NCBI RefSeq assembly: GCF_001194135.2
Contig: NC_068985.1
Coordinates: forward strand, 114,213,573-114,262,413
Length of the DNA: 48,841 nucleotides
From: Octopus bimaculoides
Lineage: Eukaryota
Reading direction: 5' to 3'
In this document: one piece after another, positions 35,557 to 47,902 of the stretch
Numbering within the stretch: position 1 is the stretch's first letter
Layout: every line of letters starts with the position of its first letter
Translations under genes and position numbers: made by a program
The notes under the pieces: generated by a model
Databases searched by the model: none
The model's input: the letters and a program-made list of their open reading frames with translations, nothing else
Told to the model about the DNA's origin: nothing

Positions 35557-35935
35557 TGTTTCAGTCATTGGACTGTGGTCATACTGGGGCATCACTTTCA
35601 ATAGTTTCAGCCAAACAAATCAACCCATTGGTTTGTTCATATCTCAAGTTGTGAATGGCAGACAAATACAGATGTGCACACATGCAAGCACACATACACA
35701 CATATGTACATGCATATACATACATAACTATACACACATACATACGCATATACAAATATATATATGTACATATATGATGAGCATCCACACCATTCCGGTT
35801 TACCAAATTTATGCACAACACAAGGCTTTGGTTGACCCAGGGCTCCAGTAAAAGAAACTTGCTCAATGTACACTACAGTGGGATTGAACCCCAAAACCAC
35901 ATAACTGCAAAGTGAATTCCATCACTACACAACCA
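35557..35935 (-). mobile_element. SINE family A, diverged
   Basis: The tail (ttacttgtttcagtcattgg) and head (cagtgggattgaacc) lie on the minus strand with a (CA/TA) centre. Further A fragments are at about 1395-1510, 6510-6690, 16990-17150, 17660-17785, 19615-19800, 21480-21680, 30683-30792, 37485-37700, 42680-42850 and 48620-48700. Confidence 0.6.
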
Positions 35936-36503
35936 TGTTCTATTTTTTCCTTAGTGTTTTAACTGATAAAAACACAGCCAACAAAACCCACACCAAATGC
36001 AAGTATTATGGGCGGAACCCCTCATAATAATGACTGCAGAAAGTCCTAGAATCAGCAACAGCTTAGAAGTAACAGCAGTAATATCGCAAATATATATCAA
36101 GAATAAGAATGGAAAAGGAAAGATGGCTCCAAAGCTGAAGAAATCAATATGACTCATGAAAAACTGATATCCAGTTGGTATAAAGAAACAAACTGTATGT
36201 TGACCTCATAGACACATAAACACATGTATCTATATATGTGTGTGTCAGTACACACTTGTGTCTGTATATATGTATGTAAATGTGTGTGTGTGCATATGTG
36301 GGTATATGTGAGTATATAGGTGTGTATTTTTGCATATATGTATGTGTGCACATGTGTGCACGTATGTATATATGTGTGTATGTGTATATATCTAGACACA
36401 CACACACACACACACACACACCTGAAAAGCAAAAAGAAGAAACAAAGAATTCAATTCGATACACACTCATACACAGACATACAGATGTGTGTGTGTGTGT
36501 GTG

Positions 36504-36536
<33 letters not shown>

Positions 36537-37096
36537 ATATGAATATATAAGCACATACAGACACATGCACATACGCACACCACGAGAAGAGGGGAAAGAT
36601 AAAGAGAGGTGGCAGTAAGTAGCAAAATCAATACTTGTAAAAAGAAGATAACGATCTGATTGGCTTTATTGGATGTTTGTAAAGCAATTATTCCTCTTTC
36701 AGATTAGCAATGGTAGTCAGGATCAGGGGATGGAGTAATAGACGGTGGTGACGGTGTAGGGGAAGACGACAGGGGAGAAGGAACGAAAAGAGGGATACGA
36801 CTTCTCTGAAGGAAAGAGCACAGGGAAAGGGGGAAAAGGTGGAGGCAACACATAATGATCAACATATATTTTAGTAAAGGCAAAGCAACTTTGGAGTTGA
36901 CTAGAGTAGTAGTCATAATAATAATAACTCTTTCTGCAATAGGCACAGGGCCTGAAATTTGGGGGTGGGGGTGGCTAGTCAATTACATCAACCCCTAGTA
37001 TTAAACTGGTACTTATTTCATTAACCCCCAAGAGGATGAAAGGCAAAGTCAACCGCAGTGAAATTTGAACTCAGAATGCCACAAAGTATTTTGTCT

Positions 37097-37270
37097 AGCA
37101 TGCTACACTCTCTGAGTGGTTGGCGTTAGGAAGGGCATCCAGCTGTAGAAACTCTGCCAAATTAGATTGGAGCCTGGTGTTGCCATCCGGTTTCACCAGT
37201 CCTCAGTCAAATCGTCCAACCCATGCTAGCATGGAAGGCGGACATTAAACGATGATGATGATGATGATGC
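37097..37270 (+). mobile_element. Family B element
   Basis: Near reverse complement of 6254-6415. Other B or B-tail copies are at about 1113-1255, 3381-3478, 5560-5746, 9293-9430, 19020-19235, 46060-46210, 46660-46800 and 46850-46955. Confidence 0.8.
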
Positions 37271-38894
37271 TAATGATTCTGCCAGTTTGCCAATTTAATA
37301 ATAATAAACCTTTCTACAACAGACACAAGTCCTGATATTTTGGGGAAAGGGTTGGGGGTCGAATTGATTACATTGACTCCGGAGTGCAATGATTACATAT
37401 TTCATTGACCTCGAAATGCTTAAAAGGCAAACTGAATCTTGGCAAAATTTGAATTTAGAATATAAAGCCAGAAGACATTCTGCAGAACCTTGGGCAAGTA
37501 TCTTCTACAATAGCCCTGGGACAACCAGGCTTTGTGAGTGAATTTTGGAGATAGAAACTGTGTAGAAGCCTGTCATGTATGTGTGTGCACATGTGCACAC
37601 GTCTATGCATTTCTCCCTACTACCACTTGGCATCCAATGTAGGTTTGCTTATATTCCCATATCTTAGCTGTTCAACAAAACAGACGAACAGAATAAGGAC
37701 CAGAATAATACCCCTTAAGTATTTAAACCGGCCACATCTGGCCAAAATATTCTACCTGCTCTATGTTCAAACTGGCCATATCTGGTCCCTCACACCTACC
37801 CTACAATGTCATAAAAATAAACAATCATGTCATCAACACTTGAAGCTACAAGATAATGCATGGTTAATTCAAAACAATGTGAATAAATAAGTATTCTATT
37901 TAACAGAATAATCTGAATGCTAAAGGGCTAAATAAAATGTTCTGGGATCAATTTCTTTGACTAAACTCTCCAAGACAGTGCCACAGTATAGCTGCAGACC
38001 AATGACTGAAACTAGTAAAAATAAATAAAAATAAAATAACTTACAGAAATATACTATTACGACCACTGATACCAGCTAACAGCTGAATTACAAACCAACA
38101 GGTCTATAACTACTTATTCACACTCTATGGTTTCACCAGCATTCCCCCATATTAGAGCATAAATATTAATTGGCTGTAAAGTTGTATAAGTGACTCAAGG
38201 GAGAAGAGTATCATGTATCACACTTGATAAGTGTAAAGGATGAAACTTTTGGTCCTTGAGTCATTAACATAACTTTACATCAGATTAAATATACACACAC
38301 AGACACACACACACGCATATACAGAGACATTGTAAAATTAAATAGACATTTTTTGAAAGATTTATTTCTAGAAATTAAATAATGTCATTTGGCACATCTA
38401 ATTAGTTAATTTAGCATTACATAGACTTGCCCTGTGCCAAGATATATTAAGAAGTCTGAAGCATCAGATAGTGTTTGCACAAAATAAAAATAGTATAACG
38501 AGAGAGGTCTATTTATTTTTGAGGTGTATGTGTGTGTATATTTTAACATATAATATATATGAAGGGATGCTGAAAGGTTCCTGGCTTCAAAGGTGTCACA
38601 AAAGGCTTGGCTGGAGACCCAACCCTCTGTTCTTTTACAGGGCTTTGAAAAACTGAATGACAATGTGAAATTAAATAGAGGCTTCCCTAGATCCAATGAC
38701 CAGAATTGAATTCAGCATTGCAAGGCAATGACCCAGTCACTGTAACATGTATTTAAAATCTAGAGTTTAGGTTGTAGATAGAACATAGTGCTAGTAATAG
38801 ATTTACAGACTGTCAAGGACAGTTTTCTCATATATACATACATGCGTGAGTGTATAATGTGCAAACACACACACTATGTATGTACGCATATATA

Positions 38895-38998
<104 letters not shown>

Positions 38999-40054
38999 GA
39001 GAGATGAAATGCACATGTGTGTATTTGCATATACACATATGTATTTCACATTAAATGTACATGTGTGTATATTTATGTATACACACACGCACAAGTGATT
39101 GCATGCATGTGTGTGTGTATACAGGAAGACAAAAAGCGAGAACAGAGGGGAAAACCAACATGATGTTGGTGCCAAATAAACACACATATTAATTGTGATA
39201 GTTCAACAGTTATTTATCTCTACGTTAAAAAAAAAGAAACTATAAAAAATAAAACCATGGAGAACAAAAAAAAAAGATTAAAAAGCAACAAAAGAAAATA
39301 ATGCAAATATCAAAGGGGGAGAAAAAATAAAATAATATAAACATATAAATGAAGAGTATATACCATAAAAAGTTTATACAAACACAGACTGTCAATACAG
39401 CTATAGCAATAAAGAACTGGCTTCTATATACCAATATGGCAGGTCATTAATGATTGCGACTAACTGCACCAATAATACATGTGCACAATAAAGCAATATT
39501 GGTCTTTCCTTAAGTATGTGTGTATGTACGAATGTGTGTAAGTGTAAATATATATATAAATATACACTCTTGTACATATATGTAAACATATATTCATACA
39601 TGCACACACGTGTGTATGTACATATATATAAATGTAGATACATAGATACCTGTATATACAGATATATATACGCACACACATATGTATGCATTTATATATG
39701 TATATTAAACTTTTACAAGGAAATGGTTGACAGGTACTTCGAAGTGTCAGCTTATTTGCTTTGTTATGCTCAACTCTTTTAGCATTCAGCTAAATCTGTC
39801 AAATGTAATGATCATTAATTCATGTTGTAAAATTTCATCATGTATGATCTTGTAGCTTCAAGATTTCGAAGATATGATAATTTATTTTTAGATTAACATT
39901 GTAAGGTAGGTGTGAGAGGCTGGACTTGGTCAGCTTTAATATAAAACAGGTAGAATATTTGGACCGGATGTGACTAGTTTAAATACTGAAGAATTCATAA
40001 ACACACACTCTACTAAAAAGTATTGCGTAATCTATCAATTGACATAACATGCAC

Positions 40055-40095
<41 letters not shown>

Positions 40096-40097
<2 letters not shown>

Positions 40098-40700
40098 GTA
40101 TATCCTTGACTATAATCTGCACTTTTTTCCCAAAATTTAAAGGTCAAAATTTCTAGTGCATACTATATACGAGGTTAAAAATTAAAAATATTTTGTAAGC
40201 AAAATTTTCCAGGAGAAAGGAGATGTAAAATTTTGAAAATGGTCCTATGTTATGTTTCAAAGAAATGAAAACTTCTTCGTTGAATGAAGTAGAATCTGCA
40301 GGAAATTTTATGATTCTGTATTCATAAAATGTGTAATAATCACAGCATAAAGTCACTTGGCCAATAAGAAGTAAGTTAAATGCCGACTGCTGTCTATATA
40401 TACTTCAATGAGCGTCCCAGCTGTAGCTGATGTGTGCAGTATTTCTTTGTTGGCAGTGACATTTTTGAAGGTTGTCATCTGTAAAGTTTAAAATGATGTC
40501 TGCCATGGCTAGTTGCTAAAGAGGCAGTGAACCGAAAGAAGTTCTAAGTGACGGTGAAACAGAGGGTGTACTGCTAAGTGACAGTGAACCGAGAGTGAAT
40601 GCAGGCAGAAATAGCAGTCTGGTTGAGACAGACGATGCAGACATTTCATAAAATTAAGCAGTGATTATGCTAAGTTGAACAAATAATTTGTTACCAAGTC
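40096..40700. mobile_element. Possible pogo/Tc2-like non-autonomous DNA transposon remnant (one end only)
   Basis: TA|CCGTATATCCTTGACTATAATCTGCAC...GTGCATACTATATACGAGG resembles the terminal and subterminal layout of such elements. The other TIR was not found. Confidence 0.3.
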
Positions 40701-40920
40701 AAGGTTTTATAGAATAAAAGTGAAGCAGTAGTGTAACATCTGATACAAGTACATATCAGGTATTCACCATGTTTTGCCTCCTAGATGGTATATCAAAAAC
40801 ATACCATGTAGGATGCATGGGTTTTACCAGTGGGCCCCCAAAGGTGTTTTTATTTTTTTAAGGAGCATCACATTACTGTGGTTAAAACCACAGTTACTTA
40901 AATTTTAGGAAATGCAATAG

Positions 40921-42150
40921 GTGAAGGCATGGCTGTGTGGTAAGAAGCTAGCTTCCCAACAACATGGTTTAGAGTTCGGTTCCACTGTGTGATACCTTAG
41001 AATAGACCTGGGATGATCAAATCCTTGTGAGTGGATTTGGTAAATGGAAACACAAAGAAGCCCATCGTATATGTATGATGTCTGTGTGTGGAAGTATGTG
41101 CATGTGTGTGTGAGTGTGTGAGTGAGTGTGTGAGTGAGTGTGTGAGTGAGAGTGTGTGAGTGAGAGTGTGTGAGTGAAAGTGTGTGAGTGTGAGTGAGAG
41201 TGTGTGTGAGTGTGAGTGAGAGAGTGTGTGAGTGAGTGAGAGAGTGTGTGAGTGTGAGTGAGAGAGTGTGTGAGTGAGAGAGAGTGTGAGTGAGAGAGAG
41301 TGTATGAGTGTGAGTGAGAGAGAGAGTGTGAGTGAGAGAGAGTGTGTGAGTGTGAGTGAGAGAGAGTGTGTGAGTGAGTGAGAAAGAGAGTGTGAGTGAG
41401 AGAGAGTGTGTGAGTGTGAGTGAGAGAGAGTGTGTGAGTGTGAGTGAGAGTGTGTGAGTGAGTGAGAGGATGTGTATGTGTGAGAGTGAATGTGTGAGAG
41501 TGAATGTGTGAGAGTGAATGTGTGAGAGTGAATGTGTGAGAGTGAGAGTGAANNNNNNNNNNNNNNNNNNNNNNNNNNNNNNNNNNNNNNNNNNNNNNNN
41601 NNNNNNNNNNNNNNNNNNNNNNNNNNNNNNNNNNNNNNNNNNNNNNNNNNNNNNNNNNNNNNNNNNNNNNNNNNNNNNNNNNNNNNNNNNNNNNNNNNNN
41701 NNNNNNNNNNNNNNNNNNNNNNNNNNNNNNNNNNNNNNNNNNNNNNNNNNNNNNNNNNNNNNNNNNNNNNNNNNNNNNNNNNNNNNNNNNNNNNNNNNNN
41801 NNNNNNNNNNNNNNNNNNNNNNNNNNNNNNNNNNNNNNNNNNNNNNNNNNNNNNNNNNNNNNNNNNNNNNNNNNNNNNNNNNNNNNNNNNNNNNNNNNNN
41901 NNNNNNNNNNNNNNNNNNNNNNNNNNNNNNNNGGGAGTGTGTGTCATGTTTATGTAAGTTTGTTTTGACATCACATGATAGTTGTGAAATGATAATCACT
42001 GTCATACTAACAGTCTCATTCATTTCCAATATTCTGTGGAAACAGGTGAGTGTTGGCAACAGTAAGAGCATCCAGCCATACAAAATCTGCTTCAAATAAA
42101 CATCATCTGACCGATGTAAGCATGAAAAAGTGGACGTTAAACTTATGATG
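40921..42150 (+). mobile_element. SINE with family A head, hugely expanded central GT/GA repeat, and RTE-type (B) tail
   Basis: The A head spans 40921-41075 and the repeat plus gap spans 41090-41945. It continues ggaaacaggtgagtgttggcaacagtaagagcatccagcc...gtggacgttaaacttatgatg. Confidence 0.6.
41090..41552. repeat. Compound (GT/GA) repeat with higher-order gtgagt/gagagt units
   Basis: Directly visible; runs into the N gap at 41553-41932. Confidence 0.95.
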
Positions 42151-43777
42151 GGGATGTACAGAACAGAGATATCAGAAGGATGCGAGTCACTCATCTCCAT
42201 CACTGGAAGCACGACCCACCATAAAATAATTTTTGTGAAAAAGAAGCCACTAAGGTTTATATGATATAATCAAAAATATAATCTATAGAAAAAAATAAAT
42301 GCTTATAAAGAAGCATATCACTGATAACTCCCATGGTACCAGAATGAATATATTATAACATTCATGCGATAACACAGGAGTCACTGATGATAGCCATGCT
42401 ATAAATCAATGTGATAGTTTATAAAGAGAAGTAGAACATATATGGCCAAGAAAAAGGAAAGAAAAAATTTCTAATTTGGCACAAAATGGTTTTGGTAATG
42501 AAGTGTTAATGTGAAATCATATAACTAGGTATGTGTATTTCAAACAGTTGAGGTGTTCACATGAAGATTGTGTTTGGAAATGAGATTGTATTCAGATATG
42601 ATGTATTCTTCCCTGAAACCTCCAAGTCAGAAATAAATTCTGGTAGCTTATGAGCAATTCTTTTATCAGTTATTTTTTACTAGTTTCAGTCATTCAACTG
42701 CAGTCAATCTGGGGCACCACCTTGAAGGGTTTAGCCAAACAAATCAACATTAGTACTTACTTATTCTATCAGCTTCTTTTGCTGAACTGCTAGGTTACAG
42801 GAATGTAAACAGCCCAACACCAGTAGTCAAGTGGTGGGACACACACACACACACGTATACATCATATACTGAATTTATTTCTCTTGCAACATATAAAGGA
42901 TCTGTTCGGTTTGGCTGCCAGCATCAATTCTGTTCGAATTGATTTCATATTCAGTGTAATGATACATTTTTATAGGCTAATGAATGATGTGAAAATCATT
43001 TTCACTATAAATCAATAAATAAAGAGTTATTATTAATTAAAGTTTGAAAATTTTGGGTAATTCTAGTCAATGGTAAGCCAGACACATTCATGCCGCTTTC
43101 CATAGTAACAAGTGAAACATGAGAACTCTTTTGTCTGCGAGAAAGCATGTGTTGCTAAATATATTGAAACCACTTGTTTTATCCATCTGTTGACAACTGA
43201 GCATGTGAATTTATGAACTGGTCAACAAAATGTTTGTTTTTTTAAAACTATTTAATTAGTAATGTGCTATTTTGTTTTTAGATAAATCTTTTAAGTTCAT
43301 GCTATCACATTAAATGCATATTGAATGCTTAAAACTACAAAATATGTGTTATTGAAAGGATGAAAGGAAAAGTCAACCTTGGCGGAATTTGAACTCAGAG
43401 CCTGAAGACAGATGAACTGCCGCTAAGCATTTTGCCCAGTGTGCTAACAACTCTACTAAGCTTGCCACCTCCACCACTGTAATAATAATAATAATAATAA
43501 TAATTGTTTCTAATTTTAGGACAAGATAGTAATTTTAGGGAAATGGGTTTGTCAACAACATCAACCGCAGTGTTTGACTGACATTTTATTTCCAAAAGGA
43601 TGTAAAGCAAAATCGACCTCTGTGGAGAGTCAGAAGGAATGTTACTAAGCACTTTGTGGAACATGCTAATGATTTTGCAAGCTCAATAATAACAATGATA
43701 ATGATAGTAATTAAATATAATAGTAGTTTTCTTGTGAGAACAAAACATCTGAAGTATTGGCCATAACAGATCCCTTG

Positions 43778-44373
43778 GTAACTATAGTAACCATCCAGGC
43801 TTAAATGGCCAGAATTCACTGTCCACAACTTAGCCAATCAAATAATCAAACCTTAAAAACAAGTCAACAAGTTGAGTAGACACAAGTGGCCAATCAAAAT
43901 CAAAAGAACTAATCAAATGACAGGACTAGACCAATCAAAATCAAGGAAAAAGATCAAAAGAAACAAAAACAAACTAGGATACAATTTAAGCTGAGAGAGA
44001 CCAATCAAAATCAAAAGAAGTAATCAGATGACATGGGTGACCAATCAAAGGTAAAAGGAAATGATGGTGGAACAGTAAACTAATCAGAGAGACAAATGAC
44101 CAATCAGAACTGAAATAGTTAATCAAGTGACAGCTATAGAGTTGATAAAAATAGAAACATTTATCAGTTGAAAAAGCAAGTTCATTAAAGTAATCCAAAG
44201 AAGCAATGGCAATCTAGAAAAAACTAGAACACCAAGGACACACAGATACACATACATGCATATGTGTGTGTATTTATATTTATACACACATACAGCAGTT
44301 TGGTACTTAATGGCCAGGAATCATGCCTTTCTAATAGCCACTTGGGAATCATAGAATTGACAGACCAGCCAAT
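43778..44373. promoter_or_regulatory. Candidate cis-regulatory module: RFX X-box plus seven RRCCAATCA (NF-Y-type) boxes
   Basis: GTAACTATAGTAAC lies at 43778-91. CCAAT occurs at 43834, 43890, 43931, 44001, 44041, 44100 and 44369, all on the + strand in RRCCAATCA context. Confidence 0.4.
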
Positions 44374-45021
44374 CATCGGAAGCTACTGTAATTCGTTAAA
44401 TCCAAAATATGGAAAGAAATTTCATAAGCAACATGCTTCTTTCTAGAAATAAGAGGCAAATAGACAGATTTAAAGAACTGAAGTGTACACATGTGGCTTG
44501 TGCATGTACGGTGGGGAAGAAGGTCTAAATGTGGCTAAAAATTCTCAATACATCATTGGTTCATTAACAAGGTTGTAATAATTTTTTAAAGCTAAACAGG
44601 AACACAGTTTCCTTAGAAGAAAGCAAGGAAAGACGTGACTTCTTTCGTTATATTTTTTTTATGTTATGCTCTCTTCTAACAGGATATTCATAAATTTGCG
44701 AATACAACTTATACAGACTTGTCAAATCTGACAGCTTAGCAATATAAGTTTTCACTTTTTTTATGTATATATCCAGTCGATACATCAGCCTCTACTTTGT
44801 CACTCAATCTACCAGAAAGAACAGCCAGATCTCACCTTAAATCACACAACCATCTTATGAAAGCAAGTATAAAAAAAATAAAAACACAGAGGGACACACT
44901 GGATAATGTAGATCTTTATATGATCGAAGAAAGTAAGAGACTGAGGTATGTTAAAATGTTTTAGATCATAGAGATACTGCATTATTGCTGCCGCAGGGCT
45001 AAGCAACAGCAATTCTCTATG

Positions 45022-45880
45022 TTAACCCATTTCTTGCTATATCTCAGTAGAAATATGCTGACAATGTTTCAATTAATTTTGAATATAATCAAGTTAGTAA
45101 ATTGACTTTGGAACATAATTTGACATGAAATTTAGAAGGAATGCTTTGATTCTGATCTCTCAAACCTTTTTACTATTATATATGTTAAAAATGCACTGCT
45201 TTTGTTTAAATTTATTTCAAGAATAATGAAGAAATTAGTAAATTTACTTTGTTAATATCTAACTAGTATGTGGACAGTGAGCTGGCAAAATCATTAGCAC
45301 ACCAGGCAATGCTTAGCAGCATTTCATCCATCTTCCCATTCTGAGTTCAAATTTTGCTGAGGTCGACTTTAACCTTTCATCCTTTCAGGGTCAATAAAAT
45401 AAATACCAGTTTAACACCAGGATCGATGTAATTGGCTTTATCTACTCCCCAAAATTGATGGCCTTGTGCCAAAATTTGAAATTAATATTTAACTGGTGTC
45501 TGGAACATAATTCAACATGAAATTTTGAAGGAGAGTTTTAATTTAGATCACTTTAACCCTTTTGTTACCATATTTGAAATATATCGTCACTGTTTCAATT
45601 AGTTTGGAAAATAAAGAAGAATTCAGTAAAATATTATTATTGTTATTTATTAAGCTGGTGTCTGAAACATGAATTACCATAAAATTTTGATGGAAGCTTT
45701 TAAGTTGCTTTAACTCTTACGCTACTATAATTATATTAAAATACACTACCTCTGTTTCAGCTAATTTTGAAAATAATAAAAAGTTTAGTAAAATGACTAT
45801 TATAATTAAGCTGGTGTCTGCACCTTAACTAAACATGAAAATTTCACAGAAGATTTAGACAACTCTAACCCTTCTGTATA
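45022..45880. repeat. Tandem array of about four MITE-E units (~160 bp period), one interrupted by SINE C
   Basis: Units begin ttaaccc-like at about 45022, 45165, 45552 and 45711. The motif gctggtgtctg..acat...catgaaatttt recurs. Confidence 0.65.
45272..45481 (+). mobile_element. SINE family C, full length, with an ~18-bp target-site duplication
   Basis: ggacagtgagctggcaaaatcattagc...ttctgagttcaaatt...gccttgtgccaaaatttgaa. It is flanked by ttaatatctaactagtat (45252-69) and ttaatatttaactggtgt (45482-99). Confidence 0.8.
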
Positions 45881-46798
45881 CCTTCCACCATTTCTGACCT
45901 TAACTCCTGCCAAATTATAAGGGTGATAAAATCAGCAAAGTATAAAACCAAATTTGTGGTACTATCTAGTGTCACTCTTATTTTATGTTGTGTGTTCAAA
46001 TCCTGCCAAGGGCTGACAGTTTTCCATCCTTCCAGAATGAATAACCAGTCAATTAATCATCACCATCATTTTAATGTCTACCTTCTCCTATTTGCATGGA
46101 TCAGATGAAATTCGCTGAGGCAGATTTCTTATGGCTTGATGAAAACTTTCTCTTGCTAACTTTTACCTGTTTCCAAGTAGGGTGATATTTCTCCACAGCC
46201 AGACATTATNNNNNNNNNNTTTTTTTTTTTTTTTCATAGATTGAAAAGTAACAAAATCACTTGTATAATGGTGACATTCATTTACAACTATTAGGCAATG
46301 TCAAGATAAGGACACACACATGCATACACATTTTCAATATTTTTCTTGAGCCCGGTACTCATAAGGCTGGTACCTTGTATCCATGGCATATAAGTGACCA
46401 AAATCACAATACTCCCTCAGTACAAAACACTCTTCCATTGCCAGGGCTGAAGGCAAAAGTTGATTATATCAACTCCAGTACCTGGCTGGTACTCAATTTT
46501 ATTAACCCAGTAAGGATGAACTTCAAAGCTGATCTCTGTAAGGACTTTTGCGGTTAAACATGAAGGGCTAGAAGAAATGCTGCTAAACTTTTTGTCCAAT
46601 ATGCTAATGAGTCTCCCAAACAATTGATGTTGTACATTCTCAGTTTTCTTTGTCTAGAGACATGGGAAAATATAACCTTGCCGGAAAATAGGTAAAGGTT
46701 AGTGACAGGAAGAGCATCTAGCTGTAGAGAATATGCCACAACAAATTTTGTGTGACCTATACAAGTAAAGGAAAGTGGACATTAAAAGACATTGACAA

Positions 46799-46830
<32 letters not shown>

Positions 46831-46953
46831 GCAGGTTGTGTATGTTAATGTCTCCTCTGTGAAAACATGTCCAGTCATGGGGAAATATTACCTTGCTTGG
46901 AAACAAGTGAGGTTTGGTGACAGGAAGAGCATCAAGCCATTAGAAAATCTGCC

Positions 46954-47163
46954 TTAACCCTTTAATATTCAGATTTCTCTGTCAAGTGTAATGCTATTGG
47001 TTTACATTTAGAAAAACATCATGCCTTATCTTGTAGCTTTAGATTTTTGATGGTGTGACCATTCATTCTGACGGTCAGTGTGAGAGGCTGAATCTGTCCA
47101 ATTTGGACATAAAATGGGTAAAATATTTGGGCCTTTTGCAGCCAGTTTAAATGCTAGGGTTAA
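46954..47163. mobile_element. MITE family F, piggyBac-like ends, full length (~202 bp + TTAA on both sides)
   Basis: TTAA|CCCTTTAATATT...AAATGCTAGGG|TTAA. Homologues at about 15757-15950, 37711-37930 and 39772-39995. Confidence 0.7.
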
Positions 47164-47618
47164 TAAATCTCATTCAACCCATGTAAACATGAAGAAGTGG
47201 GCATTGACATGAAGATAAAAACAAACATGGCTAAATACTATCTGGCTAATTCTTCTGGAGATCTTAACCGATTCTTCAAAACTACACCACCAACAACAGC
47301 ATGAACAACAACAAGAAGAATAATCTGAAAAAAGCCTTCATTCATTAGTTTGCAATCTTCTGCATTGCACAAGAGCTAGATAACATTCTGAAAGGTTCTT
47401 TTTCTTTTCAAATTTGTTTATTCGTTATATATTTAATTTTTCCTTTCAATAATAGTTTAATGCTTAATGTTCACAATTTTGTAAAGGCAAAGTTCTATGA
47501 ATCTAAGAAGCAGGCGATATATTTTTCAATATTTCTAACGTTGGCAGAATAGATCAATGATTGTGAATGCATGTATGTATAACAATAGACTAATATGTAT
47601 GTGCGCACGTGTGTGTGT

Positions 47619-47665
<47 letters not shown>

Positions 47666-47817
47666 CATGCAGTAAGAAAAGATTGCATGCATGTAGATAT
47701 GGGAGTATGCATAAGGATTGAAGCATATTGTGTGTATGTATGTGTGAGCACATACATATACACACACACATATATACAAGCACAAACATATACACACAGT
47801 GTGTATATGTGTATGTA

Positions 47818-47848
<31 letters not shown>

Positions 47849-47858
47849 NNNNNNNNNN

Positions 47859-47902
<44 letters not shown>

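Noticed and set aside
36690-36880. GC-richer purine-rich stretch that might be coding or TE-derived
   Set aside because: No recognisable motif, splice pattern or second copy.
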